Shown here: piece by piece, positions 17,672-26,846 of the stretch | Layout: the number at the start of each line of letters is the position of its first letter | How positions within the stretch are numbered: the first letter of the stretch is position 1 | Assembly: GCA_963711565.1 (NCBI GenBank) | Contig: CAVQEQ010000003.1 | Coordinates: 512,001-576,000, forward strand | From: an uncultured delta proteobacterium | GTDB lineage: Bacteria > Desulfobacterota > Binatia > Binatales > Binataceae | Direction: 5' to 3' | Length of the DNA stretch: 64,000 nt | Made by a program: the position numbers and the translations under genes | The notes under the pieces: model-generated | Databases searched by the model: none | The model's input: only the letters and a program-made list of their open reading frames with translations | Told to the model about the DNA's origin: nothing

Positions 17672-19192
17672 ATGTCAACCGAGCCACCAGTCGCTGGAGC
17701 CGAAGGAGCATTGAATCGAGGCGCGCGCGAAGCCCTGATTTACGCGGTGCTACTCAGCGCTGCAGTTTTTCTCTATTTGATCATCCGCAAGTATGGCGAC
17801 CAGCTAGCGCAACCCACTCGAGCCGCCGCGCAACTTGGCGTCGCCGCGGCCGGCCCTCCGGGCGGCCATGACGCCGACGTGATGGTTCATATTTTGCTGG
17901 CGCTGTCGGTGGTGATCGCGTGCGCGCGCCTGGGCGGAATGCTTTTTCGATTCCTGCATCAGCCCGCGGTGGTGGGCGAGATCGTCGCGGGCATCATGCT
18001 CGGTCCGTCGCTGCTGGGACACGTCTGGCCAGGGGCGTTCGCGTATCTGCTGCCGCCGACGGTGGCGCCATTTCTGGACGTACTCGCGCAGCTCGGCATT
18101 ATCCTCTACATGTTTTTGGTCGGTCTCGAACTCGACCCTGTGCAGGTGGCGCGGCACGGGCGAGCCGCGGTTGCGATCTCGCACGCCAGTATCGTCACGC
18201 CGTTCTTGCTCGGCACCCTGCTAGCGTTGCTGCTCTATCCGGAGGTTGCCGCGGCCGGAATTCCGTTTACGGGTTTTTCGCTCTTCATCGGCGTCTCGAT
18301 GTCGGTGACGGCGTTCCCCGTGCTGTCGCGGATTCTGACCGACCTCGGCATCAACAAGACGCCGCTGGGGGTAACGGCCCTGACGAGCGCCGCGGTAGAT
18401 GACGTGACCGCATGGTGCCTGCTGGCGGTGGTGGTTGGCGTGGTCGGGGCGCATGGGTCCGAGAGCGTGATCACCGTGGCGATGGCGGTCGCTTACATCG
18501 TGCTGATGACTGTGCTCGTCCGGCCAACGGTCGGGCGGCTGACGATCCGGCAGGAAACCAGCGGGCACCTGACGCAGGGGATGATGGCGATTGTTTTTGT
18601 CCTGTTGCTGCTGTCGGCGCTGACCACGGATCTTATCGGCATTCACGCGATGTTCGGCGCGTTCGCGCTCGGCGCGATCATTCCGTCGGACAGCAAGCTC
18701 GCGCACGACATGACGGATCGGCTCGAAGACGTGCTGGTGGTGCTGCTGCTGCCGACGTTTTTCGCTTTGACCGGGCTTCGCACTGAAATTGGCCTCGTGA
18801 GCGGGTTGCACGAATGGATGCTGTGCGGGCTGATCATCGCGGTTGCGTCGATCGGCAAGTTCGGCGGCAGTTTCGTAGCCGCGCGGCTGACGGGATCGAG
18901 CTGGCGCGATGCGTCTGCGATAGGCGTGCTGATGAACACGCGCGGACTGGCGGAATTGATCGTGCTCAACATCGGCCTGCAGTTGCGAGTCATCAACCCC
19001 AGAGTGTTCGCGATGCTGGTGGTTATGTCGCTGGTCACTACGCTCGCGACCAGTCCCATACTTCGCCTGATCAGGGGCAAGGAGGTCGCTGCCGCGCCGT
19101 CCGAAGGCGGGGTCTCGTGGATGGGGCGGTTGCGGATGGCGCTGCACAAACCAGTGGAGATAAGCCGGCGCTCGCTTCACGAAAATACATAA
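17672..19192 (+). CDS. Cation:proton antiporter (CPA2 family)
   Basis: QPAVVGEIVAGIMLGPS, SVTAFPVLSRIL, AAVDDVTAW and LMNTRGLAELIVLNIG. Confidence 0.92.
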   Translation: MSTEPPVAGAEGALNRGAREALIYAVLLSAAVFLYLIIRKYGDQLAQPTRAAAQLGVAAAGPPGGHDADVMVHILLALSVVIACARLGGMLFRFLHQPAVVGEIVAGIMLGPSLLGHVWPGAFAYLLPPTVAPFLDVLAQLGIILYMFLVGLELDPVQVARHGRAAVAISHASIVTPFLLGTLLALLLYPEVAAAGIPFTGFSLFIGVSMSVTAFPVLSRILTDLGINKTPLGVTALTSAAVDDVTAWCLLAVVVGVVGAHGSESVITVAMAVAYIVLMTVLVRPTVGRLTIRQETSGHLTQGMMAIVFVLLLLSALTTDLIGIHAMFGAFALGAIIPSDSKLAHDMTDRLEDVLVVLLLPTFFALTGLRTEIGLVSGLHEWMLCGLIIAVASIGKFGGSFVAARLTGSSWRDASAIGVLMNTRGLAELIVLNIGLQLRVINPRVFAMLVVMSLVTTLATSPILRLIRGKEVAAAPSEGGVSWMGRLRMALHKPVEISRRSLHENT

Positions 19193-19247
19193 TCGCCGAA
19201 GCCAATTTCACTCAGGTGGATCGGCTCGCCCCTGCTACAATGGTTGA

Positions 19248-20297
19248 GTGGCCGAGCTTGACGTAATCTTCGCGCCGGCGCTTGCTCCTGACGATCTCGT
19301 CGGCCTCGAGTTGCACTTGCTCGACGCGGTCGCGAGGCGCGAGACGGCGCCGGTCCTGCTCATCTATGCATCGCCGGGGCGAGCGATCTCGATTGGGCAC
19401 TATCATCTATATGGCGGGCCCGCGGAGCGCGACGGAATAAACGTGATGCGGCGTCTGACGGGTGGCCGCGTCGTTGGCGCGGGACAGGGATGGCTCGGGC
19501 TGGCGCTGATTCTGCCGACGCGCACCGCGTTGCTGAAGGAAGACGTCACGCGACTGAAACCTGACCAGATTATGAATCGATACGCGCGCGGCCTGCTCAG
19601 TGGGATGCGCGCGCTTGGGGTCGATTGTTTCTACCCCGGCCGTGACGCGATAACGTTTGAGCAGCGCGAGCTTGCGATGTGCACTTTCGAGACTGACGCG
19701 GCGGGTGCGATGCTGTTCGAGGCGTCGATCGCGCACAATCGCGGGATGGAAGAACTCGTGCACGATTTGGAACGTATCGACCCGGACGGCGCGCTTTCAT
19801 GCCGCATGTATGACGCCGCGACCGCGACCAAGGTGGTGCGCGAATTGGATCGCGATATTACTTTCGACGAGATCGCCGATGCGATCGCGTCGGGCTACCG
19901 CGGTTCGCTCGGCGAGACTCGGCGGCGCGAGTTGACGGCGATAGAAACCGCGCAGGCGCAGTACCGCGGGCGTGCAATTGCGGCCTCAAACTGGTTACGC
20001 GGGCCAGTCGCGGGACCGTCGATGACGCTGAGGAATCGGATCGCGTCGCAACTCGGCGCGATCGAGGCCGCGGTAGCTCTCGGAGACGACAAGACAATCG
20101 AAACGATCCGGCTGAGCGGAGATTTTATCGCCAACTCGCCGGCGATCGCGGAACTCGAGAGCGAGCTTCGCGGGCGCACGCTCGACCTGCCGTCGATCTC
20201 TCATGCCGTCACGAAGACATTCGGGCATGACGGAAATTTTTTTCTTGGCGCGAGCGAGTTGTCCAATCTCGCACGGCTGATCGCGGGTGTGAATTGA
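19248..20297 (+). CDS. Divergent lipoate-protein ligase (LplA-like) family protein
   Basis: ISIGHY, MRRLTGGR and C-terminal IRLSGDF domain; the canonical RK(I/V)SG lysine appears to be missing. Confidence 0.7.
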   Translation: MAELDVIFAPALAPDDLVGLELHLLDAVARRETAPVLLIYASPGRAISIGHYHLYGGPAERDGINVMRRLTGGRVVGAGQGWLGLALILPTRTALLKEDVTRLKPDQIMNRYARGLLSGMRALGVDCFYPGRDAITFEQRELAMCTFETDAAGAMLFEASIAHNRGMEELVHDLERIDPDGALSCRMYDAATATKVVRELDRDITFDEIADAIASGYRGSLGETRRRELTAIETAQAQYRGRAIAASNWLRGPVAGPSMTLRNRIASQLGAIEAAVALGDDKTIETIRLSGDFIANSPAIAELESELRGRTLDLPSISHAVTKTFGHDGNFFLGASELSNLARLIAGVN

Positions 20298-21028
20298 AAG
20301 CATCGGATGACAGCGCTGCGCCTTCGGTCGAGAGTCTGATTGGCGAACTTGGCGACGCGCACAAAACCGTTCAGCGCCGCGCGATCGATGAACTCGTCGC
20401 GATAGCAGGGTCAGGCGACCCGATCGTCGTTGAAAAACTTCGCGAGTCGATCACCAGCGACGACCGGCGCGTGCGATGGGCGGCGGCGTATGCGCTCGGA
20501 CAAATCGGTGCGACTGCGTTTGCAATGGATTCCGCGGACGCGCTGTGCGAGGCGATGGCCGACGACGACGGCGATATCAGGTGGGCGGCGACCAACCTGA
20601 TGGTACGGCTCGGGCGTGAAAACCTCGGGGAGATTGGCGCGCGCCTGCTCAGGCTCGCAAGCGGCAGCGATCGCAATGCGCGCAAGATGGCGCTCTACTG
20701 TATTCGCGACCTTGAAATAGCCGGTCCCGAGCTGCTCGCCGTCGTTGGCATCGCGGTCCGCGACCCGGATGTTCACGTGCGGCTGGCGGCCGTGTCAGTG
20801 CTGTCGCGGATTCGCGATGCGTCGGGCGAGGCGGTGAGAATAATGCTCGAATGCCTCAAGTCCGATTCCGATGCGGGCGTGCGGCGAGCCGCGGCCTCGG
20901 CCCTTGGCAATATTCATAGCGCAAGCGCGGACGCTAGGGCCGCGCTCGCATCGGCGGCGGCCGACCCCGCCGACGAGTCACTGGCGCGAGCCGCACGCGG
21001 TGCGCTCGACCGGCTGGAGAAACGATGA
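20294..21028 (+). CDS. HEAT-repeat protein
   Basis: Repeated D.D..VR.AA..ALG units. Confidence 0.85.
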   Translation: MKASDDSAAPSVESLIGELGDAHKTVQRRAIDELVAIAGSGDPIVVEKLRESITSDDRRVRWAAAYALGQIGATAFAMDSADALCEAMADDDGDIRWAATNLMVRLGRENLGEIGARLLRLASGSDRNARKMALYCIRDLEIAGPELLAVVGIAVRDPDVHVRLAAVSVLSRIRDASGEAVRIMLECLKSDSDAGVRRAAASALGNIHSASADARAALASAAADPADESLARAARGALDRLEKR

Positions 21029-21522
21029 TGGCCACGACACCACAACCGATACCCGATTCTGCGAACGATCCCGCTACCCGATTCGCCGAACCGCACGTGC
21101 GTGAGTTCGTAACCGCCGCGCGCCTGGCGCATCTGGCGACCGCCGACGACAGCGGCGCTCCACACAACGTACCGCTCTGCTACTGGTTCGACGGCGAACG
21201 CATCTACTTCGCGATCGACGAGAAGCCCAAGCGCCACACGGGCCTGGCGCTCAAGCGGATGCGCAATATCGCGCAGAATCCGCGCGTCGCCGTCGTGATC
21301 GATCATTATGAAGAAGACTGGTCGCAGCTCGCGTACGTGCTGATTCGCGGTAACGCCCAAGTGGTCGACGACCCCGAAGAGTACCTGGTCGCCATGCGGC
21401 ATCTGCGCGACAAATACGTGCAGTATCGCGCGATGAGCCTGACGCCGGAGAAAAATCCAATCGTGAAGATCGATCCGGAGAGCGTGCACGTGTGGGGCGC
21501 ACGTTTCATGGCGGATTCATGA
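21025..21522 (+). CDS. PPOX-class (pyridoxamine oxidase-like) putative F420-dependent oxidoreductase
   Basis: ARLAHLATAD..G.PHNVP, AIDEKPK, LKRMRNIAQNPRV, DHYEEDWSQL and LRDKYVQY. Confidence 0.85.
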   Translation: MMATTPQPIPDSANDPATRFAEPHVREFVTAARLAHLATADDSGAPHNVPLCYWFDGERIYFAIDEKPKRHTGLALKRMRNIAQNPRVAVVIDHYEEDWSQLAYVLIRGNAQVVDDPEEYLVAMRHLRDKYVQYRAMSLTPEKNPIVKIDPESVHVWGARFMADS

Positions 21523-22706
21523 CGGCGCAGTTCGATGAAATTGCGCACGCGCTTGGCGATACGCGACTTGACGGATGGCTGTTCTATGACTTCCGGCTGA
21601 GCGACCCGCTCGCTTATCGAATTCTCGGATTGTCGGAAGATGGTATCGCGACGCGGCGATGGTTCTGCTTCGTGCCGGCGCACGGCAGGCCGCGGGCGAT
21701 AGTTTCGGCAGTCGAGGCGCATCGGCTCGACGCGCTCGGCGTTGAGAAGATCGTCTATCGCTCGCACGACGAGATGATCGCGGCCTTGCGCACCGTGCTC
21801 GGCGGCGCGCGGCGAATCGCGATGGACTACTCGCCTGGATGCGCGATTCCGTACGTCTCGCGCGTCGATGCGGGCACGGTCGAAATCGTGCGCGCGATGA
21901 ACATCGAGGTCGTCACGGCGGCCGATCTGATCCAGCGATTCGAGGCGACATTGACGCGCGAGCAGCTCGGGAGCCATCAGCGTGCCGCGCGGGCGCTTCG
22001 AGCGATCGTCGATGAGACCTTCAGGGAGATTGCGCAGTTGATTTCGGCAGATCGTGCGGTCAGCGAAGTCTCGGTGCAAGAATCGGTGATGGCGCGGTTC
22101 GCCGCGCGAGGTCTCGTGACGCACGCGCCGCCGATCGTCGCCGTCAATGAACATAGCGCCGATCCGCACTACGGCCCGACGCCGAAGCACGACCGCGCGA
22201 TCCGGCGCACAGATTTTATCCTGCTCGACCTGTGGGCGAAGGAGTCGGCGCCCGACAGTATTTACGCCGACTTCACCTGGGTTGCGTTCGCAGGAGACAG
22301 GGTTCCAGAAGAGCACGCGCGTATTTTCAACATTGTCGCGGATGCGCGCGACGCAACGGTAGATTTGGTGCAGCGTCGGGTCGCTGCGGGCGAGCCGGTT
22401 AGTGGCCGTGAAGCTGATCGCGCAGCGCGTTCGGTAATCGAGGCGGCCGGCTTCGGTGAGAAGTTTGTACATCGCACGGGCCATTCGATCGGCCGCGAAG
22501 TGCATGGCACCGGCGCGAATCTCGACTCGCTCGAGACGCTGGACGATCGCACGCTTATCGACCACACATGCTTTTCGGTCGAGCCGGGAATTTATCTGCC
22601 GGGAAAATTCGGCGTGCGCAGCGAACTCGATATGACGATCGAAGACGGGCGTGCGCTGGTCAGCGGTGAGCCGCGCCAGCGCGAGATCGTCGCGATCCTC
22701 GCTTAA
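21519..22706 (+). CDS. Xaa-Pro aminopeptidase (M24 family)
   Basis: DPHY, LLDLWAK, YADFTW, HRTGHSIG, FSVEPGIY and GVRSE metal-site motifs; ATGA overlap with the upstream gene. Confidence 0.9.
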   Translation: MTAQFDEIAHALGDTRLDGWLFYDFRLSDPLAYRILGLSEDGIATRRWFCFVPAHGRPRAIVSAVEAHRLDALGVEKIVYRSHDEMIAALRTVLGGARRIAMDYSPGCAIPYVSRVDAGTVEIVRAMNIEVVTAADLIQRFEATLTREQLGSHQRAARALRAIVDETFREIAQLISADRAVSEVSVQESVMARFAARGLVTHAPPIVAVNEHSADPHYGPTPKHDRAIRRTDFILLDLWAKESAPDSIYADFTWVAFAGDRVPEEHARIFNIVADARDATVDLVQRRVAAGEPVSGREADRAARSVIEAAGFGEKFVHRTGHSIGREVHGTGANLDSLETLDDRTLIDHTCFSVEPGIYLPGKFGVRSELDMTIEDGRALVSGEPRQREIVAILA

Positions 22707-22712
22707 TTAAAT

Positions 22713-22774
22713 GTGAACCCCCCGGTGGGTTTCACGCTTCCTTCGGCAGGGCTGAGCCCTGCAGCCAGTGTTAA
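22713..22774 (+). repeat. Dispersed double-hairpin repeat family A, copy 3
   Basis: GTGAACCCCCCGGTGGGTTTCACGCTTCCTTCGGCAGGGCTGAGCCCTGCAGCCAGTGTTAA. Confidence 0.85.
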
Positions 22775-22816
22775 GCGGCTTCCAAAGCAGAGCGGGGCAT
22801 GCAAAAAATCGCGGGG

Positions 22817-23506
22817 ATGATTCGCGCTGTTATATTCGATCTCGACGGGACGCTCGTTGATACCGAGCCGTTGCATTTCGCGGCCTTCAATGAAGTCTTG
22901 CGCCCTGACGGAATCGAAATCGGTTTCGACGACTACACAGCGCGGCTGATTGGGCTCAATGATCGCGATTGCTTCTCGACCGTGCTGCGCGAGAATCGCA
23001 AGGATGCCGGCGAAGAGCACGTCGCGAAGTTGATTGCGCGGAAGACCGCCGTCTACCAGGCGGCGATCGCGGAGCGGGACGTGCTCTATCAGGGCGCGGA
23101 GAAGTTCGTGCGCGATTGTGCGCGGCGGTTTCCGCTGATGATTGTGACCGGCACCCTGCGCGTCGAGGCTGAAACGATTTTGCGGCACGCCGGACTGCGC
23201 GAATTGTTTCTCGATATTATCGCCGCTGAGGATGTCGAGCGCGGCAAGCCTGAGCCCGACGGTTTTATCGCGGCGCTCGGGCGTATCGGCTATATCCTGC
23301 GGCAGCGCGATCCGGTGCTGGCGGATGAATGCCTGGCGGTCGAGGACACGCAAGCCGGAATCGACGCGGCGCATCGCGCGGGCATGAAGGTGCTGGCGCT
23401 ATGCCACATGGCGCCGGCGAGCGAGCTGGCGGCGGCGGACGTCGTGCGCGCTTCGATTTCCAATCTGGATCTCGACGACGTAATCCACGCGCTCAGGGGG
23501 CGATGA
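22817..23506 (+). CDS. HAD-superfamily phosphatase
   Basis: FDLDGTLVDTE, GKPEPD and VEDTQAGI motifs. Confidence 0.92.
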   Translation: MIRAVIFDLDGTLVDTEPLHFAAFNEVLRPDGIEIGFDDYTARLIGLNDRDCFSTVLRENRKDAGEEHVAKLIARKTAVYQAAIAERDVLYQGAEKFVRDCARRFPLMIVTGTLRVEAETILRHAGLRELFLDIIAAEDVERGKPEPDGFIAALGRIGYILRQRDPVLADECLAVEDTQAGIDAAHRAGMKVLALCHMAPASELAAADVVRASISNLDLDDVIHALRGR

Positions 23507-24177
23507 TGGCGGCGAAGCTCTACCAGTTTCTCGGCAGCCCATTCTGCGCCAAGGTGCGCAAGCTGCTCGCGTTCAAGGGCGTCGAGTTCGAAGTGGTCGA
23601 GGTTGACTACCTCGAGCGCAAGGAATTGCTGCTGGCGTCGGGACAGTTGACGGTGCCGGCGGTCACGCTCGATAACGGCGAGACGATCGTCGATTCGGCG
23701 CGGATCGCGATGCGTCTCGAGGAGCTTTATCCCGAGCCGACGATTTTTCCCGCAGGATGGCGCGGGATGCATGTCGCGCTCGCCGACTATATCGACAACC
23801 ATCTCGAAGAGAAGGTATATCCGCTCGCGCTCGCCGACGAGCTCGCATACTACAGCAAGCAAGGTGCGGATCGCGGGGCGCTCTGGCGGTTTATCCGCGA
23901 GCGCAAGTTCGGCAAAGGTTTCGTCGATCGGACTATCGCGGATCAATCGGCCAATTGGGAGCGCTTCCGCAACGCTCTCGCGCCGTTCGAGGAGCAACTC
24001 GGCAACGTACCGTTTCTCACCGGCAGGATTGGCCTGGCGGACTTCGCGCTATACGGGCAGTTGTTCTACCTGGCGTTCACGGGCGATCTGAAAATTCCGG
24101 CCGAGATGAAAAATCTGCGGGCGTTTTTTGGGCGCGTCGAGCGGATCAGTTCGATCGTCGAGGAAACAGGATCGTGA
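23503..24177 (+). CDS. Glutathione S-transferase family protein
   Basis: SPFCAKVR, TVPAV, IVDSARI and GLADFALYGQL; start overlaps the HAD gene stop. Confidence 0.85.
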   Translation: MMAAKLYQFLGSPFCAKVRKLLAFKGVEFEVVEVDYLERKELLLASGQLTVPAVTLDNGETIVDSARIAMRLEELYPEPTIFPAGWRGMHVALADYIDNHLEEKVYPLALADELAYYSKQGADRGALWRFIRERKFGKGFVDRTIADQSANWERFRNALAPFEEQLGNVPFLTGRIGLADFALYGQLFYLAFTGDLKIPAEMKNLRAFFGRVERISSIVEETGS

Positions 24178-24190
24178 ATGCGCGCACGTA

Positions 24191-24228
24191 ACCTCACCCC
24201 TAACCCCTCTCCCTTCAGGAGAGGGGGA
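24191..24228 (+). repeat. REP-like palindrome family B, copy 1
   Basis: ACCTCACCCCTAA-CCCCTCTCC-CTTCA-GGAGAGGGG, between the convergent GST and VanZ genes. Confidence 0.7.
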
Positions 24229-24239
24229 CAGAAAAGAGA

Positions 24240-24683
24240 TTACGCGAGTTCGCTGATTGCGGTCGTCAGGAAGTGGCTGAAGAGCGCGCCGGTCGAGTCG
24301 AGCGCTACGTCATATAGCGAGGCGGTGCGGCCGGGCACGAAGATTTGATGGCCCTCGTCGGTCAGCGCGTAGACGACGCAAAGCATCAGCGCGAGGTACG
24401 GCCGCTGCTTCATCGGTCCGCGCACCAGCAGCCAGAAGAGAATTCCGTACTCGGTGAAGTGCGCGGCCTTGCGCACCAGCATATGGCAGACGTCGACCGA
24501 CGCGGCGCTGATTCCCGGAATCAACCATCGCAGGATCGGGTCGATGATTTTGCCGGTGTTGGCGGCGGAAAACGCCGAGGTCGAGAGCGTGAAGATCAGG
24601 GCGCCCCATAGAATTACAGGGATCCATTCGCCGAGCGGAGCGAGCTCCGGCGCGCCGGCTGACAAGGATTTCTCCGCCGGCAT
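24240..24683 (-). CDS. VanZ family membrane protein
   Basis: VRKAAHFTEY and YALTDEGHQIFVPGRTASLYDVALD. Confidence 0.88.
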   Translation of the reverse strand: MPAEKSLSAGAPELAPLGEWIPVILWGALIFTLSTSAFSAANTGKIIDPILRWLIPGISAASVDVCHMLVRKAAHFTEYGILFWLLVRGPMKQRPYLALMLCVVYALTDEGHQIFVPGRTASLYDVALDSTGALFSHFLTTAISELA

Positions 24684-24858
24684 CTAGAGGGCCGCCGTTT
24701 CCATGACCCCTGCGGAGGGCATGCAGTCTGAAGTCGAACGGGGATTACGGACGAGATGCTTTTTCATGAGGATCGAAAACGTGTCAAACTTAGCAATCAT
24801 CGCCGCGCGAAACCACTAGAAGCGCGCGCCTGCGCGATCCGACAAGGAAGGCCGCAAC

Positions 24859-26382
24859 ATGGACAACCTCTTAACTATACAACGAGCGCAGCCGGCGCCG
24901 CCATGCACGGTCGTAATTTTCGGCGCGTCCGGCGATCTGGCCAAGCGCAAGCTGATTCCGTCGCTGTACAATCTCGTCGCCTGCGGCGAGGGCATGATGC
25001 CGCCGAAAAGCGCGGTGCTGGGATTCGCGCGGCGCGAAATGTCGCTCGACGATTTCCGCAAAAGCGCGCACGACTGGACGACCCGATTCTCGCGGCTGAA
25101 GGTTGACGAGGGGTGCTGGGCGAGGTTCGCGGACAACCTCGATTACCTGTCCGGACTCGACCGTCCTGACGGTTTCACAAAACTTAAAGCTAAACTTGAA
25201 GCTATCGAAAAGGCGCACGGGCTGCCGCCGAATCGCGTCTATTACCTGGCGATACCGCCCGAGGCGATTGGCGAATCGGTCGAGCGGCTGAGCACGGCTG
25301 GTCTTATCGCCGCGCCGACCGCGCCGAACTTCACGCGCGTCGTCGTCGAAAAGCCAATCGGCCACGATCTGCCGAGCGCGCTCGAAGTCAATCGCACGAT
25401 GGTGAAGTATCTCGCCGAGTCGCAGATTTTCCGCATCGACCATTACCTCGGCAAGGAGACCGTGCAGAACCTGCTGGCGCTGCGCTTCTCGAACGATATT
25501 TTCGAGCGCCTGTGGGGCGCGCGCAACGTCGATCACGTGCAGATAACGGTGGCGGAAGCGGAAGGCGTCGGCAGCCGCGCGATGTACTACGACCATTCGG
25601 GCGCGCTGCGCGACATGGTGCAGAACCACATCCTGCAAGTGCTGTGCATGCTGACGATGGAGGCGCCTGTGTCGCTCGACTCGTCGGCGATTCGCGACGC
25701 GAAGCTCAACGTGTTGCGCACGCTGCGTCCGATCAAGCCGATGGATGCGCGCGCGAACACGGTGCGGGCGCGCTACGCGGCGGGCGCCGACGCGGACGGC
25801 AAGCCGGTGCCGGCCTACATGGACGAACAGGGGATCGCGGACAACTCGCGGATCGAGACGTATGTCGCGCTGAAGGCGTACATCGACAACTGGCGATGGT
25901 CGGGGGTGCCGTTTTTCATTCGCACCGGCAAGCGGATGAAGGCGCGGGCGAGTTCGATCTACGTGCAGTTCAAGGACGTGCCGCAAATTCTGTTCAATCG
26001 CGATTCGAAGGTTCCGGCTAACGGGCTGATGATTCGGATTCAGCCCGACGAAGGTTTTTCGTTCGACGTGATGACCAAGCGGCCGGGGCTCGACCTGGTG
26101 CTGCAACCGGTGCGGATGAATCTCAGCTACAACACCGCGTTCGGCGACGGCGCGTCACCGGACGGCTACGAGCGGCTGCTGCTCGACGTGATGGACGGCG
26201 ACCATACGCTGTTTATCAGCGCGCAGTTCGTCGAGAAGTCGTGGGAGTTCGTGCAAGGAATTTTGGATTCGTGGAGCGACGGCGTGCGCGTCCCGCTGGT
26301 CGAGTATCCCGCCGGCAGCTGGGGGCCCAAGGAGGCCGACCAGTTGATTCGTTTCGCGGGACGAGTATGGCATGAGCCATAG
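24859..26382 (+). CDS. zwf: Glucose-6-phosphate 1-dehydrogenase
   Basis: FGASGDLAKRKL, EKPIG, RIDHYLGKE, RDMVQNH and RWSGVPFFIRTGK. Confidence 0.97.
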   Translation: MDNLLTIQRAQPAPPCTVVIFGASGDLAKRKLIPSLYNLVACGEGMMPPKSAVLGFARREMSLDDFRKSAHDWTTRFSRLKVDEGCWARFADNLDYLSGLDRPDGFTKLKAKLEAIEKAHGLPPNRVYYLAIPPEAIGESVERLSTAGLIAAPTAPNFTRVVVEKPIGHDLPSALEVNRTMVKYLAESQIFRIDHYLGKETVQNLLALRFSNDIFERLWGARNVDHVQITVAEAEGVGSRAMYYDHSGALRDMVQNHILQVLCMLTMEAPVSLDSSAIRDAKLNVLRTLRPIKPMDARANTVRARYAAGADADGKPVPAYMDEQGIADNSRIETYVALKAYIDNWRWSGVPFFIRTGKRMKARASSIYVQFKDVPQILFNRDSKVPANGLMIRIQPDEGFSFDVMTKRPGLDLVLQPVRMNLSYNTAFGDGASPDGYERLLLDVMDGDHTLFISAQFVEKSWEFVQGILDSWSDGVRVPLVEYPAGSWGPKEADQLIRFAGRVWHEP

Positions 26383-26394
26383 AGGGATAAATTC

Positions 26395-26727
26395 ATGACC
26401 ATCGATGGATGCTGCGGTTCCGAATCGCCGATCGCTTGCGAACTCGGCGCAATCTCCGCCGCCGATCGGCCACGCTACGATGAACTGCGCAAGATGCTCG
26501 CCGCATCGGCGATCGGCAAGCGCGAACTGTCGGATGGCGTCGCGGTACGAATCTCGACGGAGCGCATGGCGCTCGCGCAGCTTGCGGAGTGGATCTCGTT
26601 CGAGCGCAAGTGCTGCCCTTTTCTGGATTTCAGAATCGACGTCGCGCCCGAGTCCGGGCCGGTGTGGGTGAGCCTGACGGGCCGCGCCGGCGTCAAGGAA
26701 TTTCTGGCGCACGCGTTCGGCAAGTAG
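26395..26727 (+). CDS. Small Cys-rich protein (PIAC...ERxCCPFL type), possibly metal-binding
   Basis: GCC, PIACEL and ERKCCPFLDF; RBS AGAGGG upstream. Confidence 0.7.
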   Translation: MTIDGCCGSESPIACELGAISAADRPRYDELRKMLAASAIGKRELSDGVAVRISTERMALAQLAEWISFERKCCPFLDFRIDVAPESGPVWVSLTGRAGVKEFLAHAFGK

Positions 26728-26729
26728 CT

Positions 26730-26758
26730 CGAAAGCCTTCTCCCCCAAGGGGCTTTCG
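26730..26758 (+). terminator. Hairpin after the zwf operon, possible terminator
   Basis: CGAAAGCC...GGCTTTCG stem; no clear U tract. Confidence 0.35.
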
Positions 26759-26846
26759 GGCTGTGGCATAGCTGACCGGCCTCGGCTAACATCTCTCGCC
26801 GCTACTGCGGCTGCGAAATCGCAATTCAACGAGGATCGGAGAGCAC

